A DNA stretch of 64,000 nt from Nitrospiraceae bacterium (GTDB lineage Bacteria > Nitrospirota > Nitrospiria > Nitrospirales > Nitrospiraceae), in assembly GCA_040981105.1 (NCBI GenBank), contig JANRMO010000001.1:163343-227342 (forward strand), given 5' to 3'. Positions 59,929 to 64,000 of this stretch are shown in pieces (the first letter of the stretch is position 1; every line of letters begins with the position of its first letter). The notes beneath the pieces were generated by a model. It saw nothing but the letters and a program-made list of their open reading frames with translations, was not told where the DNA came from and made no database searches. Position numbers and translations under genes: made by a program.

Positions 59929-61653
59929 TCACACCTGGAACTGAGCCCCGTAGAGGCCTGCGTAGACCCCTCCTCGCTCCATCAGCCGGTCGTGCGTGCC
60001 TTCCTCGACGATCCGCCCGTGGTCCAACACGATGATCCGATCGACGTCATGCAGGGTCGAGAGCCGGTGGGCGATGATGAAGGTGGTCCGTCCCCTGGTC
60101 AGCTCGCTGAGGGCCTCGCGGATTTTCACCTCGGTTTCGGTGTCGATATTCGACGTGGCTTCGTCAAAGATGACAATCGGAGGATTCTTGAGCAGCACGC
60201 GGGCGATCGACACCCGCTGCTTTTGCCCCACGGAGAGTTTGACACCGCGCTCGCCGATCCAGGTGTCATAGCCTTCCGGCAACGCCCGAATAAAGTCATG
60301 CGCCCGCGCCGCCTTCGCCACCGCCTCAATGCCGGACTGATCGGCCGAGAGGTCGCCGTAGGCGATGTTCTCGCGCACGGTCCCGTTGAAGAGAAACGGT
60401 TCCTGCTGCACCAGCCCGATCTGGCTCCGGAGAAAGGCCAGCGGCAGATCCCGGACATCGTACCCGTCGATCGCCACCGATCCGCCCTTCACGTCGTAAA
60501 ACCGCATCAGCAGCTTCAACAGGGTGCTCTTGCCGGCCCCGCTCGGCCCGACCAGCGCCACCCGCTCCCCGGCTTTCACGGACAGGGTCACGTCCCGCAA
60601 GACCGGCACATCCGGCCGATAGTAAAAATGGACCCGGGAGAACCGGACGTCGCCTTCCAGACGATCGGCCGGGGCCGCTACGCCTGGTTTATCTGTCACC
60701 TCTGGAATTGTATCGAGCACCTCGAACACGCGCTCGCTCGCAGCCAAGGCATGTTGCAGCATGTGGTTGACGGAATGGATTTGGTTGATTGGCACGTAGA
60801 ACAGAGCCAGGTACGAGAGGAACAGGACCAACTCGCCGAGCGTCAAGCGGCCTGCGAGCACCTCGCCCGATCCGTACCACAGGATCAACACCGTCCCCAG
60901 GCTTCCGACAAAGATCATGCTGGGGGAATAGACCGACCAGAGGTACATGGCCTTGAGGTTGCTCTGGCTGTACTCCTGACTTAGCCGATTAAAGCGGCCC
61001 TGCTCGTAGGCCTGCCGGTTAAAGCCCATCGACTCACGGATCCCGGAGATCGCATCCTGAAGGTAGGCATTCAGCTCAGCCAAGCCCTTCCTCACCAGGT
61101 GATAGTAGCCATGCACCTTGGTCGTAAAGCGGCTTGCGGAAAGGACGAGGATCGGGATCGGCACCAAGGCCAATAAGGCCAGCTTCCAATTCAGACTGAC
61201 CAGCATGACCATGATGCCCAGCAGGGTCAGGGAGGCGGTCAGCACTCCCTCCAGGCCGTCGATGAAGATCCGCTCGACATGCTCCGTATCGTTGGAGATG
61301 CGGGACATGATCTCGCCGGTGGAACGGTTCTCAAAATAGCTGATCGACAGCCTTTGGAGCGCCGCGAAGACCTCCTTGCGCAGATCGTGAACGACCTGTT
61401 GCTCCAGCCGGTTGTTCAGCCTGATCCGAAAGGACGCAAACAGATTTTTTAACCCGTAGGCCAACACCAGGCCGGCCAGTATCCAGGGTAGCAAGGAGGG
61501 TTGATTCGCCTGGATCACGTCGTCGATGACGACCTTGATGAACCAGGGGGGCACCAGCTCCATGGCGGTCGCCGAGGCGGCGCAGAGCACGGTGGCCGCA
61601 GCCAGCCACCGGTAGGGACGAAGATAGTAGAGGACGCGTAAGAGGGACTTCAC
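59929..61653 (-). CDS. ABC transporter, fused permease/ATPase (MsbA-like)
   Basis: GPSGAGKS, LSVGQKQR, IFDEATS, IAHRLST. Confidence 0.95.
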   Translation of the reverse strand: MKSLLRVLYYLRPYRWLAAATVLCAASATAMELVPPWFIKVVIDDVIQANQPSLLPWILAGLVLAYGLKNLFASFRIRLNNRLEQQVVHDLRKEVFAALQRLSISYFENRSTGEIMSRISNDTEHVERIFIDGLEGVLTASLTLLGIMVMLVSLNWKLALLALVPIPILVLSASRFTTKVHGYYHLVRKGLAELNAYLQDAISGIRESMGFNRQAYEQGRFNRLSQEYSQSNLKAMYLWSVYSPSMIFVGSLGTVLILWYGSGEVLAGRLTLGELVLFLSYLALFYVPINQIHSVNHMLQHALAASERVFEVLDTIPEVTDKPGVAAPADRLEGDVRFSRVHFYYRPDVPVLRDVTLSVKAGERVALVGPSGAGKSTLLKLLMRFYDVKGGSVAIDGYDVRDLPLAFLRSQIGLVQQEPFLFNGTVRENIAYGDLSADQSGIEAVAKAARAHDFIRALPEGYDTWIGERGVKLSVGQKQRVSIARVLLKNPPIVIFDEATSNIDTETEVKIREALSELTRGRTTFIIAHRLSTLHDVDRIIVLDHGRIVEEGTHDRLMERGGVYAGLYGAQFQV

Positions 61654-61745
61654 GAGGCCTTAATGAATGATCGTTCCCTCATGATACAACATCGGCGTGC
61701 GCGGGACAGACCGTTCGAAGATTTTTCTCAGGCGGGCTGGCCCTA

Positions 61746-63098
61746 TCAGCAATGGGTCCGTTCTGTCAGGGACGGTCTCGTGTCCTTGCCGGTTCCCACA
61801 CGGACTTCGATCCGGCCGACGCCCTTCACGTTGGCACAGAGGTCGCCAAGGCCCGGCGTGACCAATCTGAACGGACCGCCTTTCGCATCAGGCAAGGGCT
61901 CTCCATCCAGTTCGTAAATGAGCAACCCATGCTCGCGCGCCTGCTGCAACGTCAAGGTGGCGGCGTACCTGCCGTCCAGCGAATGAAACGTCACATGATC
62001 GGCCTCGATTTCCAACGCCGGCACGTTGAGCAGTCCGCTCACCCTGATCGCCCGCCCCTTCATCCCCGACGTGACGGTCCCGACGTCGGCCACCTGGTGG
62101 TCCTGCGGCAATTGACCGATTGCCTGTCGATCAAGGGTCACCGGTTGGACCACGGCCCCGTCGATCCGGAGGATGCCCGGTCCTGTCCGGTCTTTGGTGG
62201 TCACAACCTTGATCATCGCCGTCAACGCCTCGTTGACCGGCGTGGGGATGCCGAGTTCGCGTGCCTTTTGTACGATGTAGCCGTTCAAGTAGTCGATCTC
62301 GGTCGGCCGGCCCGCCTTCCAATCGTCGTACATGGAGGTATGGATGTCCCGCAACTCCTGCGACCACTTGACGACCCGGTCCGCCATGTCCGGCGCGAGC
62401 GGCACCTTCAGCGCGGCCGACACCGCCATGACTTCCTGGACGATCGTATGGATGACCCGCAACAGTTCCGGATGGTCCAGCGCCTTCGCCACCCGATCGT
62501 TGACGAGGACCGTGAGCGGGTTGAACACGCAATTCCAGCACATCTTCTCCCATTTGCTGCGTCGTACGTCCTTGGAGAGTTGGCAGGGAATGCCGGCCTG
62601 TGCAAAGAGATCGCGGATCTGCAACAGGCGCTCGGTCTCGTGCCCCATCAGCTCGCCGATCGCCACCGCGCCCTTCTTATAGTGCTCGATCACGCCCGGC
62701 TCGGCGATTTTGGAATAGATGAACGCCACCCCGCCGACGACGCAATCTCGTTTGAGCCGGGCGATCAGCCGGTCCTCTGTATCCACGCCGTTTTGCAGGG
62801 TCAACAAGACGGTCTTCTCGGTCATGACCGGCTCCAGTTGCGCCATCGCCTCGTCGAGGTCGTAGGCCTTGACCGACAGGATGATCAGATCCGGTGCGGA
62901 CAATTCCCTGGGATCGGAGGCGGCGGGCGGATGCACTGTGAACGAGCCTCCGGCGCTGCGAATGGTCAGGCCGCGCGCCTTCACGGCCGCCAGGGTCCTG
63001 GACCGCAATAGGAACGAGACGTTCGGATTGACTTTGGCGAGATGGGCCCCGAAGAAACCGCCCACGGAACCTGCCCCCACGATCATCACATTGCGCAT
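61746..63098 (-). CDS. panE: 2-dehydropantoate 2-reductase with C-terminal molybdopterin-oxidoreductase-like extension
   Basis: GAGSVG, LQNG, WEKMCWN, SMYDD...GRPTEIDYLNG; C-terminal DGEPLP..GGPFRLV..NVK. Confidence 0.85.
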   Translation of the reverse strand: MRNVMIVGAGSVGGFFGAHLAKVNPNVSFLLRSRTLAAVKARGLTIRSAGGSFTVHPPAASDPRELSAPDLIILSVKAYDLDEAMAQLEPVMTEKTVLLTLQNGVDTEDRLIARLKRDCVVGGVAFIYSKIAEPGVIEHYKKGAVAIGELMGHETERLLQIRDLFAQAGIPCQLSKDVRRSKWEKMCWNCVFNPLTVLVNDRVAKALDHPELLRVIHTIVQEVMAVSAALKVPLAPDMADRVVKWSQELRDIHTSMYDDWKAGRPTEIDYLNGYIVQKARELGIPTPVNEALTAMIKVVTTKDRTGPGILRIDGAVVQPVTLDRQAIGQLPQDHQVADVGTVTSGMKGRAIRVSGLLNVPALEIEADHVTFHSLDGRYAATLTLQQAREHGLLIYELDGEPLPDAKGGPFRLVTPGLGDLCANVKGVGRIEVRVGTGKDTRPSLTERTHC

Positions 63099-63184
63099 GA
63101 TTCATCCCCCCGACGAGACAAATGAGAGCGGTACTATAGCACGGAGGAGAAAACCCCGACACCGGCGTATAATCGCGTCTCGTC

Positions 63185-63907
63185 ATGAGCAACAGGATTG
63201 CTGAGGTCAGGGAACGAGTGGCGGGGGCGCAACGCGTGACCGTCCTCACAGGCGCCGGCGTCTCGGCGGACAGCGGCGTGCCGACATTCCGCGGGACGGA
63301 CGGGCTCTGGCGGAACTTTCGCGCCGAGGATCTGGCCATGCCGGAGGCATTTGAGCGAGATCCTCGGCTCGTCTGGGAGTGGTACAACTGGCGCCGGGAG
63401 TTGATCGCCACCAAGAAGCCGAACCAGGCCCACGAGGCTCTCGCGACCTTGGAGCAGCAGGTCCCGGACTTCTGGCTGATCACTCAAAATGTGGACGGCT
63501 TGCATCGAGCGGCTGGCTCGACCAAGCTCTCGGAGATTCACGGCAACATCTGGAAGGTCCGTTGCACCGGTTGCGGCGCGATCGGAGAAAACCGTGAGGT
63601 CCCGATCCGCCTGCTCCCCTATTGCCCGGGCTGCGGAGGGCTGCTCAGACCCCATATCGTCTGGTTCGGGGAATCCCTGGCGCCGGAGGATATCAATCGG
63701 AGCTATGCCGCACTGGAAGGTTGCGAGGTCTTACTGATCGTCGGCACGTCTGGGATTGTCTATCCCGCCGCCTCGTTCGCCCCCATCGCCAAGGCAGCCG
63801 GGGCCTTCGTAGTTGAAATTAACCTAGACCCGACGCCCAACTCCACCCTCGTGGATGTCTCATTGCAGGGGCGTGCCAAGGATGTGGTTCCGCTGCTGGT
63901 TCCCTGA
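63185..63907 (+). CDS. cobB: NAD-dependent deacylase (sirtuin)
   Basis: TGAGVSADSGVPTFRG, ITQNVDGLH, HGN, LRPHIVWFGE, GTSGIVYPAA. Confidence 0.95.
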   Translation: MSNRIAEVRERVAGAQRVTVLTGAGVSADSGVPTFRGTDGLWRNFRAEDLAMPEAFERDPRLVWEWYNWRRELIATKKPNQAHEALATLEQQVPDFWLITQNVDGLHRAAGSTKLSEIHGNIWKVRCTGCGAIGENREVPIRLLPYCPGCGGLLRPHIVWFGESLAPEDINRSYAALEGCEVLLIVGTSGIVYPAASFAPIAKAAGAFVVEINLDPTPNSTLVDVSLQGRAKDVVPLLVP

Positions 63908-64000
63908 GAGGGCTCCACGGATCGGTCGACACTTGTCTGCATCGACGGCTTGGACCGCCCATCGGTAGACTCTCGACTATCGTGGATTCAGCAAGTCCGA

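Overview
This 64-kb window is GC-rich bacterial chromosome; gene content and style suggest Nitrospira/Nitrospirota (inference). 1-27 kb and 54-64 kb are mostly housekeeping genes: malQ, queC, dksA-like, apt, a sigma-70 factor, tRNA-Pro, ald, htpX, a glutathione peroxidase, a REC/GGDEF/hybrid kinase/Hpt cluster, aguBA, MATE and ABC transporters, a panE fusion and cobB. About 27-54 kb is a visibly more AT-rich defence island. It holds a type III-B Cmr operon with two CARF proteins, one cas6, a type I-B (Cst1/DevR-type) cas8-cas7-cas5-cas3 operon, several toxin-antitoxin pairs, an IS3 element, a solo HEPN-motif protein and orphan genes. No cas1/cas2/cas4 and no CRISPR array are visible. Main unexplained signals: (1) a dispersed and tandem ~70-90 bp two-hairpin element, about 13 copies at six loci, with compensatory stem changes and GNA triloops, abutting the Shine-Dalgarno of three lipoprotein genes and the CCA end of tRNA-Pro; (2) cas6 fragments bracketing the III-B block and the TA block, suggesting cas6-anchored cassette exchange; (3) a solitary CRISPR-repeat-like sequence next to two copies of the element; (4) heptamer-repeat tracts inside cas6 and around the TA cassettes. 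All family assignments come from motif recognition, not database searches.
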